A stretch of DNA of 55,311 nucleotides from a bacterium (GCA_041946755.1 JBHGBB010000001.1:1-55311); one strand, 5' to 3'. Numbered from the stretch's first letter, positions 26,295-35,561 are shown. Translations and numbers: made by a program. The notes: generated by a model not told the origin, from the sequence alone.

Positions 26295-26393
26295 GAGTTA
26301 AAACTCGGGGCTATTCATTGATCCGTCGGGTTAAAACTCGGGGCTATTCATTGATCCGTCGGATTAAAATTCGGCGCTATTCATCGATAATCT
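26295..26393. repeat. tandem repeat, 3 x 33 bp
   Basis: GAGTTAAAACTCGGGGCTATTCATTGATCCGTC (26295-26327) / GGGTTAAAACTCGGGGCTATTCATTGATCCGTC (26328-26360) / GGATTAAAATTCGGCGCTATTCATCGATAATCT (26361-26393). An inverted partial copy AAAACCGAATGAATAGCC sits at 26167-26184. Confidence 0.9.
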
Positions 26394-27690
26394 ATTTTTT
26401 TCTAAAAACGGTCTTATTCGCACCATCGACAACAATTATCTTCGCTTCCGAATCAGAAGCCAGCCATCGGTCGATCACCGCCTGCGGGTCGGTAATCTTT
26501 TTCATATGGATTTTTTCAACCGTTGCTGCCGATAGTTCGGTATATACCGATATCTTAACCTGTTTCATCAACTGGGCGAACTTATATGCTTTATGGGAAT
26601 ACAGTTTATACCCGGCAGCGATCTGTTGCATAACCTGTTCCGGAGTATCGGATTCGGCTAATAGCTCATAGAAATGCCGGTTCGCTTTCTGATTCGGGGC
26701 GATCCCTAAATCGCAAGGGACCAGCCATAAAATTTCGCCACCCGGCATAATCGCTTGTTTGGTTAATTCTAACCCGCGTTGCGCGTCATAGAGTTGGTCG
26801 CCATCAGGTTTCGGCCCGGGAGATATAACCAGATATTTCACCGGGTCGATTTCAAACGACATATTCCGGTCGTTAAACTCAAACGCGGCCGCACTCACTT
26901 CTTTAGGAGACCCGGATTTCGCCCAAACAATCCGGTTATTCGCGGTAACGACTGTTAGATTAACCGCTGCCTTATCCTTAACAATAAACCGAGTTACCGC
27001 TTCCAGCATATCCTCACTCAACGGCTGGGTTCTCTGGTTCGGGTCAGGATGCCAGGGATGCCTGCCGAAAGTAGATAATTCATCCAGCGCCAGACTATGG
27101 TTCTTTTCGATGGTTTCGAACGCGCAGGCGCCGGGAATGAAATGTTTTAGATAATTGCTATATCCGGCAAAATAATGATATTTGCAGTCGGAAATAACCA
27201 GATATACTTCCGCATCCAGAATCGACCGGTTAACCATAACCGGCGTTCCCCGGGAAGTGGTTCCAAGATTAACAAACGCCGAGGTATCGAAACAATCGTT
27301 TAAAACGATTCTAGATGCCGGTAACCCTACCCGATAGCTATTCTCTTCAATCCATCGAACGATATTCTGGGTTTTCGCCATCTGGGTATCATGAGAGCCG
27401 GTGGTGATAAAGAAAGTCACCTCTTTTGCCGGTTCAAGGTAGGGAACCATAACTTCAATCAGTTCCTGATGCGGTTCAGCCCGGGTACCATCAGCGATCA
27501 GCATACAAACCTTTTTCCCGGTAATTAACGAGGATAGCGATGGCTGCGCAGCATCAATCGCTCGTTGAATCGCAGCCTTCGTATCCGGGTCGGGTTTAAC
27601 CGCTGATGGAGAAAAATATCCCGCGAGGTTCTGGTCCGGTATCCGGATAGGGATAGTACCGGTACCATAGGATAATCTAAATTCTTTCAT
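26392..27690 (-). CDS. LarA-like (lactate racemase N-terminal domain / DUF2088) protein
   Basis: KKVCMLIADGTRAEPH (D-x-TR motif), about 430 aa. ATG 27690 chosen; the GTG at 27708 lies inside the CACGAAA element. Confidence 0.55.
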   Translation of the reverse strand: MKEFRLSYGTGTIPIRIPDQNLAGYFSPSAVKPDPDTKAAIQRAIDAAQPSLSSLITGKKVCMLIADGTRAEPHQELIEVMVPYLEPAKEVTFFITTGSHDTQMAKTQNIVRWIEENSYRVGLPASRIVLNDCFDTSAFVNLGTTSRGTPVMVNRSILDAEVYLVISDCKYHYFAGYSNYLKHFIPGACAFETIEKNHSLALDELSTFGRHPWHPDPNQRTQPLSEDMLEAVTRFIVKDKAAVNLTVVTANNRIVWAKSGSPKEVSAAAFEFNDRNMSFEIDPVKYLVISPGPKPDGDQLYDAQRGLELTKQAIMPGGEILWLVPCDLGIAPNQKANRHFYELLAESDTPEQVMQQIAAGYKLYSHKAYKFAQLMKQVKISVYTELSAATVEKIHMKKITDPQAVIDRWLASDSEAKIIVVDGANKTVFRKK

Positions 27691-27704
27691 AGATAAAAAG
27701 ATTT

Positions 27705-27799
27705 CCACGAAACCACGAAATTTTTAAAGCACGAAATAATAGAACTAAAACTAATTTAGGTTTTTTTTCGTGTTTTCTAACTTTCGTGTTTTCGTGGTA
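27705..27799. repeat. CACGAAA-array palindromic element (complete)
   Basis: CCACGAAACCACGAAA..AAAGCACGAAA - loop - TTTTCGTGTTTTCTAACTTTCGTGTTTTCGTGGTA. It ends 2 nt from the stop codon at 27802-27804. Confidence 0.9.
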
Positions 27800-27801
27800 G
27801 G

Positions 27802-28221
27802 TTACTTTATAATAAAATTCTCGGATTTGAAATGGCTATAATACCTTCCATTTTGTGCCGTGAACTTGAGCACACAATAATCCGGGTCGGTTACTCCCTT
27901 CGGATAATAGAGTTCATCGCCCGGTTTCCAAATCATTTTTTTGGTCTTACTATCTTTCAGGACTTTCATCGTCCCTTTCAGCATCGCCCCTCGATAGAAT
28001 CGGGGATCATAGAAATAGATACTTGATTTCGGATTCTTGAGATACTGGTTCACCCGCATTGAAGAGGTATTAGTCGTAAAATAGAACTGTTTGATCCCAA
28101 TCCGTTTCCGGGGTGGTAGCATCGCTTTAACGTTCGGGAACCCGGTTTCATCTACTGAGCTGATTATCGATACCTTAGCATTATCGATCAGATTCCCGAT
28201 CGTTTTGATTATATCTCGCAT
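27802..28221 (-). CDS. pyridoxamine 5'-phosphate oxidase-like FMN-binding protein
   Basis: 139 aa. GFPNVKAML......FYFTTNTSSMRVNQYLKNPKSSIYFYD...GAMLKGTMKVL fits the split-barrel general-stress-26-like pattern. Confidence 0.6.
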   Translation of the reverse strand: MRDIIKTIGNLIDNAKVSIISSVDETGFPNVKAMLPPRKRIGIKQFYFTTNTSSMRVNQYLKNPKSSIYFYDPRFYRGAMLKGTMKVLKDSKTKKMIWKPGDELYYPKGVTDPDYCVLKFTAQNGRYYSHFKSENFIIK

Positions 28222-28275
28222 ATAATTTCGCCTCTTATATATCGGTTAACTCGGTATCATTTATCTATAAAACAT

Positions 28276-28369
28276 TACCACGAAAGCACGAAAGGTAGAA
28301 AGCACTAAATAATCGACATACTACTCATTTAATTTTATTTCGTGGGTTCCAGTTTTCGTGTCTTCGTAG
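28276..28369. repeat. CACGAAA-array palindromic element (complete)
   Basis: TACCACGAAAGCACGAAAGGTAGAAAGCAC - loop - TTTCGTGGGTTCCAGTTTTCGTGTCTTCGTAG. It abuts the stop codon at 28370-28372. Confidence 0.9.
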
Positions 28370-28825
28370 TTAATTGAGTAGCTGGGATGCTACCTGGATT
28401 CTAGTTTTATATTCATTAAATATTTTATCTCCAAGTCTTTTTCCAATTAGTAGTGGAATATCTGGATTTTGTTTAAATCGTATTTTATAGAACTCAAATA
28501 TGAACATATCTTTCGTTTTTTCAATACTATGTATATCAAACCAAGGGATAAAAAGAGGTGGATGCGCAAACCTATATAGTGGGAAAACTGAGAAATATAT
28601 CCCTTCTTCATTGACTCCAATATTACAACCACCACAATGCACCATAAAACGCATTCCGAGACTTTTCATATAATATTTCTTACCGATAAATTTCCCGCGG
28701 AACCGGTAATTTTGGGCTAAAGCCCACCATCCGCTGAGTAATGAAAGAACCATTGAAATTAATAACCAAAATCCAATAAATATCGGAAAGAAATATGCGG
28801 GTAGTAAGTCTGGCTGATTCTCCAT
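28370..28825 (-). CDS. hypothetical membrane protein (151 aa)
   Basis: N-terminal hydrophobic hairpin (YFFPIFIGFWLLISMVLSLLSGWWAL); no recognisable domain. Confidence 0.45.
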   Translation of the reverse strand: MENQPDLLPAYFFPIFIGFWLLISMVLSLLSGWWALAQNYRFRGKFIGKKYYMKSLGMRFMVHCGGCNIGVNEEGIYFSVFPLYRFAHPPLFIPWFDIHSIEKTKDMFIFEFYKIRFKQNPDIPLLIGKRLGDKIFNEYKTRIQVASQLLN

Positions 28826-28839
28826 AGCTGAATTTGTAT

Positions 28840-28880
28840 GGTTTCTTTTCGTGTTTTCTATCTTTCGTGTTTTCGTGGTA
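28840..28880. repeat. CACGAAA-array element, half copy overlapping a CDS 3' end
   Basis: GGTTTCTTTTCGTGTTTTCTATCTTTCGTGTTTTCGTGGTA. The last residues (..LPRKHER*) of the 28858-29634 methyltransferase are encoded by it. Confidence 0.85.
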
Positions 28881-29634
28881 AAGCATACGGTTTAATGCAT
28901 CTAATGGTCGCCATATCAGAATCCGGTTTAACTTTCTTGTCGGATAACCAATCGAAAGCTTTAACACTTTTAAAACCCGCCTGATGTAGGAACTCGGCGA
29001 TTTCATCTATAGTATAAAACCGGAGTTTACCCAGGTCCTCTTCCGCGCCGACCAGAGCACCATTAACATATTTCTCGATAATCAATAGCCGGGATTGGAT
29101 ATGGGTCTCCGAATCATATTCGGTGAGATACCTTTTGGTATAAATCAGGGTATCATTGCATTGTTTCCAATCGCCTTGCCATCCGGTATCCGGTTTCCTG
29201 ATTTTGTTACTTAGATGGAGGATATCGAACATAAACGCAGCGCCGGGAAGTAAATGATGGTACACATTAGTAAACGTCTGCACCATTTCGTCATTCGTAA
29301 TGACAAAACTGAGCGTTCCATCCGGAATAAAAACGAAACTTAATTTATAGTGCAGTTTGAAGGTTTGTATCGATTGCTTGGTTAGCGCGGGTTTAAGATG
29401 CAATTTCCGGCATTTTGTTCGGCATCTATTGAGCATATCTTCCGAGGTATCGATGCCAATAATTTTTATTTTCTTTCTTAATAACGGAATTAATATTCTA
29501 CCGGTTCCGCAACCCATCTCAAGTATAGTTCCTTGAAGATGCTGCATCTGGTTAAGCCAAAATGATAATTCTCTTTCTGTAATATCCGGATATGCTAAAT
29601 CATAATATTCTGATAAGATTTTACCGTATCGCAT
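28858..29634 (-). CDS. class I SAM-dependent methyltransferase
   Basis: Motif I ILEMGCGTGRI; 258 aa. Confidence 0.75.
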   Translation of the reverse strand: MRYGKILSEYYDLAYPDITERELSFWLNQMQHLQGTILEMGCGTGRILIPLLRKKIKIIGIDTSEDMLNRCRTKCRKLHLKPALTKQSIQTFKLHYKLSFVFIPDGTLSFVITNDEMVQTFTNVYHHLLPGAAFMFDILHLSNKIRKPDTGWQGDWKQCNDTLIYTKRYLTEYDSETHIQSRLLIIEKYVNGALVGAEEDLGKLRFYTIDEIAEFLHQAGFKSVKAFDWLSDKKVKPDSDMATIRCIKPYALPRKHER

Positions 29635-30103
29635 GGTGGCTCCTACTCATCTCGATTTCTTTAAATCCTTTATCGTTCATATAGCTGAAACCGGTAGCAA
29701 CAAACCCCAGATTTGCATAAGTCCGAATCGCTGGAAGATTATCAGCCACCACCGTCAGCTTATATACTTCGCAACCGGCAATATCCATGATCGCTGATAC
29801 TAGCCGGCGGCCGATACTTTTCCCGCGATGCGGTGGATCGACCCAAACCGCAAAGATTTTACCGAAATCCGGGGTACGAACGCAACCGGTTATGCCAATC
29901 GGGTTATCTTTATCAAAAGCTAGAACCAGGTATAACTCATCCGATTCTGCAGCCTTTTTCGTCTCCTCTTGCCATCGGGTATCGCTATACTCTTTAACCT
30001 GTTCATAGGTTTGCCCGAATTGGTTCCCATTTTGCAATAGTGCGGCTAATCGCATCGATTTAAATATTTCCCAGTCTTGAGCTTTAATTCGCCTGATTTC
30101 CAT
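29621..30103 (-). CDS. GNAT family N-acetyltransferase
   Basis: Acetyl-CoA site VWVDPPHRGKSIGRRLV; 160 aa. It overlaps the downstream methyltransferase start by 14 nt. Confidence 0.75.
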   Translation of the reverse strand: MEIRRIKAQDWEIFKSMRLAALLQNGNQFGQTYEQVKEYSDTRWQEETKKAAESDELYLVLAFDKDNPIGITGCVRTPDFGKIFAVWVDPPHRGKSIGRRLVSAIMDIAGCEVYKLTVVADNLPAIRTYANLGFVATGFSYMNDKGFKEIEMSRSHHAIR

Positions 30104-30240
30104 AGGTACCTTGCGGAACGTTAATTAAGTAATCTTAATTAGTATCCTTTGTTGTTTTAGTGATTCAATGAAAAAAGGTTGATTTATTCTAGCAAGTTTG
30201 GCAGGTGAATGACAATGTAGATTGAATATTATTAAAAGAT

Positions 30241-30312
30241 TACCACAAAGGCACGAAATAAAATTAGGTAAGATCTCTTTTCATATTTTCGTTCTTTCGT
30301 GTCTTCGTGGTA
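30241..30312. repeat. CACGAAA-array palindromic element (complete)
   Basis: TACCACAAAGGCACGAAATAAAA - loop - TTTTCGTTCTTTCGTGTCTTCGTGGTA. It ends 6 nt from the stop codon at 30319-30321. Confidence 0.9.
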
Positions 30313-30318
30313 AAGGAG

Positions 30319-30849
30319 TTACATAGCATCTTTTTCCAGCGACTTCTGGAAATAAACCACATCGATAACCCGGCCGAATTTCTCGCCTACCCGTTTAAAA
30401 TACCCGCATTCTTGATATCCCAAATTCCGAAACAATTTAAGACTCGGTTCGTTCTCCCCGGAAATAGACGCGATAATGATCTTGAATCCATTCTTCTTCG
30501 CTACCTGTTCCAGAAACGGTATCGCCTGTTTCCCTAATCCTTGATGGGTATACTCCGGTTTAAGGTATATCCCGATTTCTACCGTCCGATCATAGGCAAC
30601 CAAATTCTTATATTGAGTCAGGAAACAGAATCCAGCGAGCTCGTTCCTATAATAAATCAGATATGCTTTATATTTGAAATGATTCAGATAGATAAATCCC
30701 CGCAGTTTATCCATCGGAATCGGTTCTAAATGAAACGTGGCAGTAGAAGTTAGAATATAGTAATTATAGATATCCAGAACTACCGATAAATCTTTTTCTT
30801 GTATATCTTTCAATACTATCTCTTCCATATCAATCTTTCTTATAACCAT
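30319..30849 (-). CDS. GNAT family N-acetyltransferase (phosphinothricin-acetyltransferase-like)
   Basis: IYLKPEYTHQGLGKQAIPFLEQVAKKNGFKIIIASI pattern; 176 aa. Confidence 0.7.
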   Translation of the reverse strand: MVIRKIDMEEIVLKDIQEKDLSVVLDIYNYYILTSTATFHLEPIPMDKLRGFIYLNHFKYKAYLIYYRNELAGFCFLTQYKNLVAYDRTVEIGIYLKPEYTHQGLGKQAIPFLEQVAKKNGFKIIIASISGENEPSLKLFRNLGYQECGYFKRVGEKFGRVIDVVYFQKSLEKDAM

Positions 30850-30941
30850 CGGTAGTCAGCATAGCTAATCAGAATCTCAATATCCATCCCCTAATTCCGA
30901 ACTTCAGATATGATCCGAATACCGCACGTAGGATTATCGGA

Positions 30942-31922
30942 TTAAGCCCGTTTTAGTTTAATCGATCCCGATTCTATATATCGAGTAGGGATAACGGTTC
31001 GATCTATATCGCCTTTTAAAGTCTCAAACAGATCGCGAGTGAAGATTTTATTCCCGATATGCCATGAATGATCGAAAGCCCCAACCGTTACCGGTTGATC
31101 TTCTTTTTTAACCGCTGCATCTGCCTGAAGTTTACCGAAATATTCGGTACAATCGATATTCACCGCCTTCTCCGGTGCATTGGATGGCAATCCGATCCGG
31201 CCAACCCGTGGAGCCATACCTAACCGTTTGGCATTCGATAACTTTAATACTGAATCGTATAAATTCGAGTAGTTGGTCAATCGAGTACAATGCCGATACA
31301 ACGATTCGGTAGAACTATTCCCGCTACTCAACGAGGCGGAAGAGATATCTCCTCCGATAAATACGACCTGACTTACTGCCCAGCCGTTATTAGCCAACCG
31401 CGCATCATCTGCATCGTCAAACGCTTCTCGAATTACATACGCGCCAGTTGAATGGCCGATGACATGGATATTGATGGTACAATCAGGCGTTTGTCGTTCC
31501 GATAACGCACTGATTCCATCGGTAACCAGTTGCATCGCGGTTTGTTTCGCATCATGTCTATCATCCAAGTAATTCAGGGCTTTGTTATCACTCGGCCAAT
31601 CGAACGACATGAGTTCTCCTTTATATCCTGCCTCGATCAAGTTTTGTTTGAGGGTAGCATGCCGCTGCATCATTACCTCCTGGGTGTTATCATATCCATG
31701 GATATAGATGAGTAAATCCCCGCGATCGAATTTAGGGTTTCTCGAATCCGGCCCCCAAATCGCAGCCTTTCGGAGTTTGTCCAGCCATAGCTTCGCCTTA
31801 ATCTTGTGTTCCGGCATCGGATGTTTTCCTTCCGGTACGATTAAGTATACCGTTTTACCAGGTTTGGGAACGAACTGACCATTTTCAACAGCACGAGTAC
31901 ACATAATAAATTGGTCTGCCAT
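30942..31922 (-). CDS. alpha/beta hydrolase, DUF900-like
   Basis: LLIYIHGYDN and nucleophile elbow IGHSTGAY; 326 aa. Confidence 0.6.
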   Translation of the reverse strand: MADQFIMCTRAVENGQFVPKPGKTVYLIVPEGKHPMPEHKIKAKLWLDKLRKAAIWGPDSRNPKFDRGDLLIYIHGYDNTQEVMMQRHATLKQNLIEAGYKGELMSFDWPSDNKALNYLDDRHDAKQTAMQLVTDGISALSERQTPDCTINIHVIGHSTGAYVIREAFDDADDARLANNGWAVSQVVFIGGDISSASLSSGNSSTESLYRHCTRLTNYSNLYDSVLKLSNAKRLGMAPRVGRIGLPSNAPEKAVNIDCTEYFGKLQADAAVKKEDQPVTVGAFDHSWHIGNKIFTRDLFETLKGDIDRTVIPTRYIESGSIKLKRA

Positions 31923-32174
31923 AAAAAACCCTCCTTAATCTATGAGACTTGATAAGATTGCGATAAATCGATTGAAGATGTAGCGTTTCGGTTTTCTAGC
32001 CATATACACCACCGTCTCGATTTCGAAAACCAAAATAATATTCAGGGATAAACCCTTATTCTTTGCTACTGATAGATAGTAAACGTTTCAAGGTAAGAGT
32101 TGCACTTAGCAGTATTATAGCGGATATACAATAAAACTACAAGTCTATTATGATGAATTTTAGAATATCGGATA

Positions 32175-32825
32175 TCAGTGTGGTTTTTCCGTTTTTAGCG
32201 GGACGGCAAAGAGGATATCTTCCATTTCAAATTCTATAGCCTTCTGTTCTTCTTGCTTCGGTACTAACGAAGCGATTTGCTTTCTAATTCGCTGCCATAA
32301 CGCGCGATATTGCATATAATCTTTGGTATCAGCCTTCAAGAAATCCTCTCTCGTTTTCCCATGCAACGCAGTCAATCCATAAGAAGCCGCGACAAGATTC
32401 GGATTCTGTTCGGCCAATTCATGCCAGGACCGGCTTAAGAAAGTATGAGTTCTATAAGAGAGATACATCCCCGTATAGAAGGAATCCGGGCCGAAATTGT
32501 TTTTTCGGATATATGGCGCGTTGAAGGTTTTATTCGGTTCCAGGTCGCGCAACGCTTTATCAAGCACCTTCGTATCGATTTGCCCCTGATAATAAGGTGG
32601 CCCGCCTTGGATACTGTCTTTCGACCAGATAATCTTCCCGTCCTGCCAGATAGCAGTGATGAGAAAAGGTCCTCTATTTTGAGTCTGAAGCCCCAAATCT
32701 TCACGCCAGACAGCGATTACCGGCCGAACCGTATCGCCATTAATCGTCGGTATTTGCTCGCTACCGAATACTACCGTACCCCCCAAAATAGCAATAATCA
32801 ATATCCATAGGATTTGTGGTCTCAT
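32175..32825 (-). CDS. hypothetical secreted protein
   Basis: ATG 32825 follows AGGAGAG; signal-like MRPQILWILIIAILGGTVVFG; no recognisable domain. Confidence 0.45.
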   Translation of the reverse strand: MRPQILWILIIAILGGTVVFGSEQIPTINGDTVRPVIAVWREDLGLQTQNRGPFLITAIWQDGKIIWSKDSIQGGPPYYQGQIDTKVLDKALRDLEPNKTFNAPYIRKNNFGPDSFYTGMYLSYRTHTFLSRSWHELAEQNPNLVAASYGLTALHGKTREDFLKADTKDYMQYRALWQRIRKQIASLVPKQEEQKAIEFEMEDILFAVPLKTEKPH

Positions 32826-32875
32826 ATTTACTCTCCTCATAATGAGATAACAAACCCAATCGGAAATATTCAAGG

Positions 32876-33640
32876 CTATCCTTTTTCAGCAATAACCAGC
32901 ATTTCAAAATCTTCGGTGGTCAACTTATCATTCCGGCTGAACGCACCGAGTTTCGCACCATAGATATCGATGGTTTTAAATCCCAGCGATTTTAGCATCC
33001 AGGTTATTTCGGATGGAACATAATACCGTTCATTGCATTGCAATTCTTTTTTATTCCCAAGATCATCTTCAATAGATAAAGTGTTCTGCTCTCGAAACGT
33101 CAAGATATCGAAGGTATTATTTCTCGGAACCGCATTCCCTTCTTTTTTTTGCGATTCCTGATATTCTTTAACCGAATGAAATAAAGGAAATAAACCGTTT
33201 AAGGTAGTAAAGATAAACTTCCCTTTAGGTTTCAAGGATTTGGCTGCACTCTGCAGAATCAGGAAATTCATCTCATCAGTTTCCATTAAAGAAAATCCAC
33301 CTTCGCAAAGCATAATCGCTAAATCAAACTCCCCTGAAAATGGAAGGGTTCTTGCATCATGCTGCTGGAAAGTAATATTCAGATTCAGGGCTGCAGCTTT
33401 CTCTTTCGCTCCGGCTAACTGCGATTCCGATAAATCTACTCCCAGAACCTGATATCCCCGTTTGGTTAACTCGATACTATGCCGGCCGGTACCGCAGCCG
33501 ATATCTAGTATCTTTATCGCTTTATTATGCTTAACCTCCTGTTCAATAAAATCGCATTCGCCGATGGTACCTTGTACATAACACTCAGCATCATACTTCT
33601 TCGCATAATTTTTAAATAACTCTTCATACCATTGTGGCAT
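32876..33640 (-). CDS. class I SAM-dependent methyltransferase
   Basis: Motif I ILDIGCGTGRHS; 254 aa. Confidence 0.75.
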   Translation of the reverse strand: MPQWYEELFKNYAKKYDAECYVQGTIGECDFIEQEVKHNKAIKILDIGCGTGRHSIELTKRGYQVLGVDLSESQLAGAKEKAAALNLNITFQQHDARTLPFSGEFDLAIMLCEGGFSLMETDEMNFLILQSAAKSLKPKGKFIFTTLNGLFPLFHSVKEYQESQKKEGNAVPRNNTFDILTFREQNTLSIEDDLGNKKELQCNERYYVPSEITWMLKSLGFKTIDIYGAKLGAFSRNDKLTTEDFEMLVIAEKG

Positions 33641-33665
33641 ATTATTTTATCCTTTTAATATATAG

Positions 33666-35561
33666 TTATGGAGTATAAACGAATCTCACTGCATCTGCAT
33701 AAGCCCGATATTCGAATGTATCGTTCGGTACCGTTTTCGTAGAAGAAGCATGTAAGGTTACGCTCCCTTTATCAGGATACTCTCCAGCATCGAATCGATA
33801 GGTACCGAGAGATATCCAGCGGTCATTATTCCTATCGGGAGTATTCGGCCGGCCGCGTTGGGATAGTTGCACCGTTTTCGTTCCATCAGCAGATTTGATT
33901 TCATAGTTGGTATCATCCGCATTCGCGCCATAAGAAAAGATAACATAGACTTCATAGTTCCCCGATTTCGGGAATTTCGGCAAGAACCTCGCATAAGCCG
34001 AGTCGGTTTTCCCGGGAGTAAACCGGGCTCCTTGGCCGATAAGTCTGGTATCATCAGATTTCGCATAGCTGTTAGTAAAATCAGCCGATTCGACATAATT
34101 CGGCGCTGGAGTTATGATACCATTAATATCTCGCGACTCCAGAACCATTTCATCGCCCGGCATGAACCCTCGATATCTCGCATTTTTCCGGGCAAAAGCA
34201 TATCTCGCCCGTTCCAGCATTTTCAAGGAAGCGATTGCCCTGCAGGGGATAGGATGATCATCATTGGTCGGTAAATCCATATTCGGCTGGAGATACTGTT
34301 TTTCTACCGGAATCTGGTTGATACAATCCTTCATTTTTTTGATTAAACTATCGATGCGGGTTAACTGTTCATCATTCGGCTGATTGATTCCTTGCGCATA
34401 AATGAGTAGACCATTAATCAGGATTTTCTGGTCTTCTGTTTCGGCGATAGGAATCAGTTTCTGCAGGTCTACTGCCGCGGTATCTTTTCCGGAATATGCG
34501 ATACCCCAGGCGGTTTGACTTATCAGCGAAGCGCGATCTTCACCTAATAACCGTTCTAGAACAGTAGGCAGAAGAGGAAACGCCGCGGTTGGCGGTTCCT
34601 GATACCAGAACGCTACCGAAGAGATATTATCCGCCCGGTCATTCTGGGTCCCATGTTCAATCGATACTTTAAGTTTCTTGCTAAACGGTATCGGGTCAAG
34701 AATATGAAACCGATACATGGAAGTTCTCTGCCCTGGGTTCGCAAACCCTTCACATACCGGCGCGCCATGCCATAAGGTTGCATATTGCCCCATGCCCCAG
34801 CCGTAACAGAAATAGTCTTCGGTCCCGGTACCATGCAATGCAGTATGAGTATCAGCTTCAATCAGGTCATCCCCTTCACCCCACCATTGCGGTTTGGTAC
34901 CCACGAAACTCATTACCGTCCCAACATAATGCCCTTTCCCCTGAGTTTCGAGAATAACATAGTTCCCCGGCATATTGGCTGGATATGCCTGCCGATATTG
35001 GGCATAAAACCGCTCTTTAGTAGGCAGCGGTTCTTCGAGCGCCAGATAATCGATATAATAATATAAGCCGACCGACTGTCCGTTTCCTTCATTGGAAATG
35101 GTTATCTTCGCGCCTTTAGCAAACGGCATCTGCCACCAGCAGTTTCGCGCTCTTCCTTTCGAAACAACAGTTATCGGGAACGAATTCATATCGGCTTCAA
35201 CGCCATTACCGACTCCAAAGAAATCTCCGAACGGAACTTCTACCGCCGGGCTAGATTCACCATCCCAATACATTCTGAGAATCAGGGTTCTGCCAATCGG
35301 GTCTTTGGCATTCGAGGTGAACCAGATATGCCGGATAATCCCGGTACCTTTAATCTCAGCCAGGACTTTGGTTTCACCCGGCTGGAGCCAGATACTATCG
35401 TTATTTGCGCCGGTAGTATCATAGCTGGAGAACCGCGCTGCATGCCCTTTCGTATTCCAAGCCCAGGTTAAATCAAACGGACTCCAGTTTTCTTTTGCCA
35501 CTTTCGCATAAGATAATCCGATCAGCATAAACAGCATGATAAACAAATATATTTTTTTCAT
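33666..35561 (-). CDS. DUF2961 / GH172 family protein with extra C-terminal beta-rich (carbohydrate-binding-like) domain, secreted
   Basis: Signal peptide. ARFSSYDTTGANNDSIWLQPGETKVLAEIKGTGIIRHIWFT is the DUF2961 N-terminal signature. About 170 additional C-terminal residues. Confidence 0.7.
   Translation of the reverse strand: MKKIYLFIMLFMLIGLSYAKVAKENWSPFDLTWAWNTKGHAARFSSYDTTGANNDSIWLQPGETKVLAEIKGTGIIRHIWFTSNAKDPIGRTLILRMYWDGESSPAVEVPFGDFFGVGNGVEADMNSFPITVVSKGRARNCWWQMPFAKGAKITISNEGNGQSVGLYYYIDYLALEEPLPTKERFYAQYRQAYPANMPGNYVILETQGKGHYVGTVMSFVGTKPQWWGEGDDLIEADTHTALHGTGTEDYFCYGWGMGQYATLWHGAPVCEGFANPGQRTSMYRFHILDPIPFSKKLKVSIEHGTQNDRADNISSVAFWYQEPPTAAFPLLPTVLERLLGEDRASLISQTAWGIAYSGKDTAAVDLQKLIPIAETEDQKILINGLLIYAQGINQPNDEQLTRIDSLIKKMKDCINQIPVEKQYLQPNMDLPTNDDHPIPCRAIASLKMLERARYAFARKNARYRGFMPGDEMVLESRDINGIITPAPNYVESADFTNSYAKSDDTRLIGQGARFTPGKTDSAYARFLPKFPKSGNYEVYVIFSYGANADDTNYEIKSADGTKTVQLSQRGRPNTPDRNNDRWISLGTYRFDAGEYPDKGSVTLHASSTKTVPNDTFEYRAYADAVRFVYTP

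Noticed and set aside
26295-26393. 33-nt repeats considered as a possible CRISPR array
   Set aside because: The units are directly adjacent with no spacers, there are only three copies with the third decayed, and no cas genes are in the window. It is a tandem repeat.
26318-26671. 117-aa plus-strand ORF
   Set aside because: It starts inside the tandem repeat (periodic MIRRVKTRGYSLIRRIKIRRYS translation) and runs antisense to the LarA-like gene. Spurious.
27705-30312. CACGAAA palindromes considered as integron attC sites (a CALIN or chromosomal integron)
   Set aside because: The termini are TACCAC/GTGGTA rather than RYYYAAC/GTTRRRY. No intI or attI is present, and the elements carry a U-rich tail like terminators. 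The cassette-like layout is kept as a finding, but attC identity is not supported.
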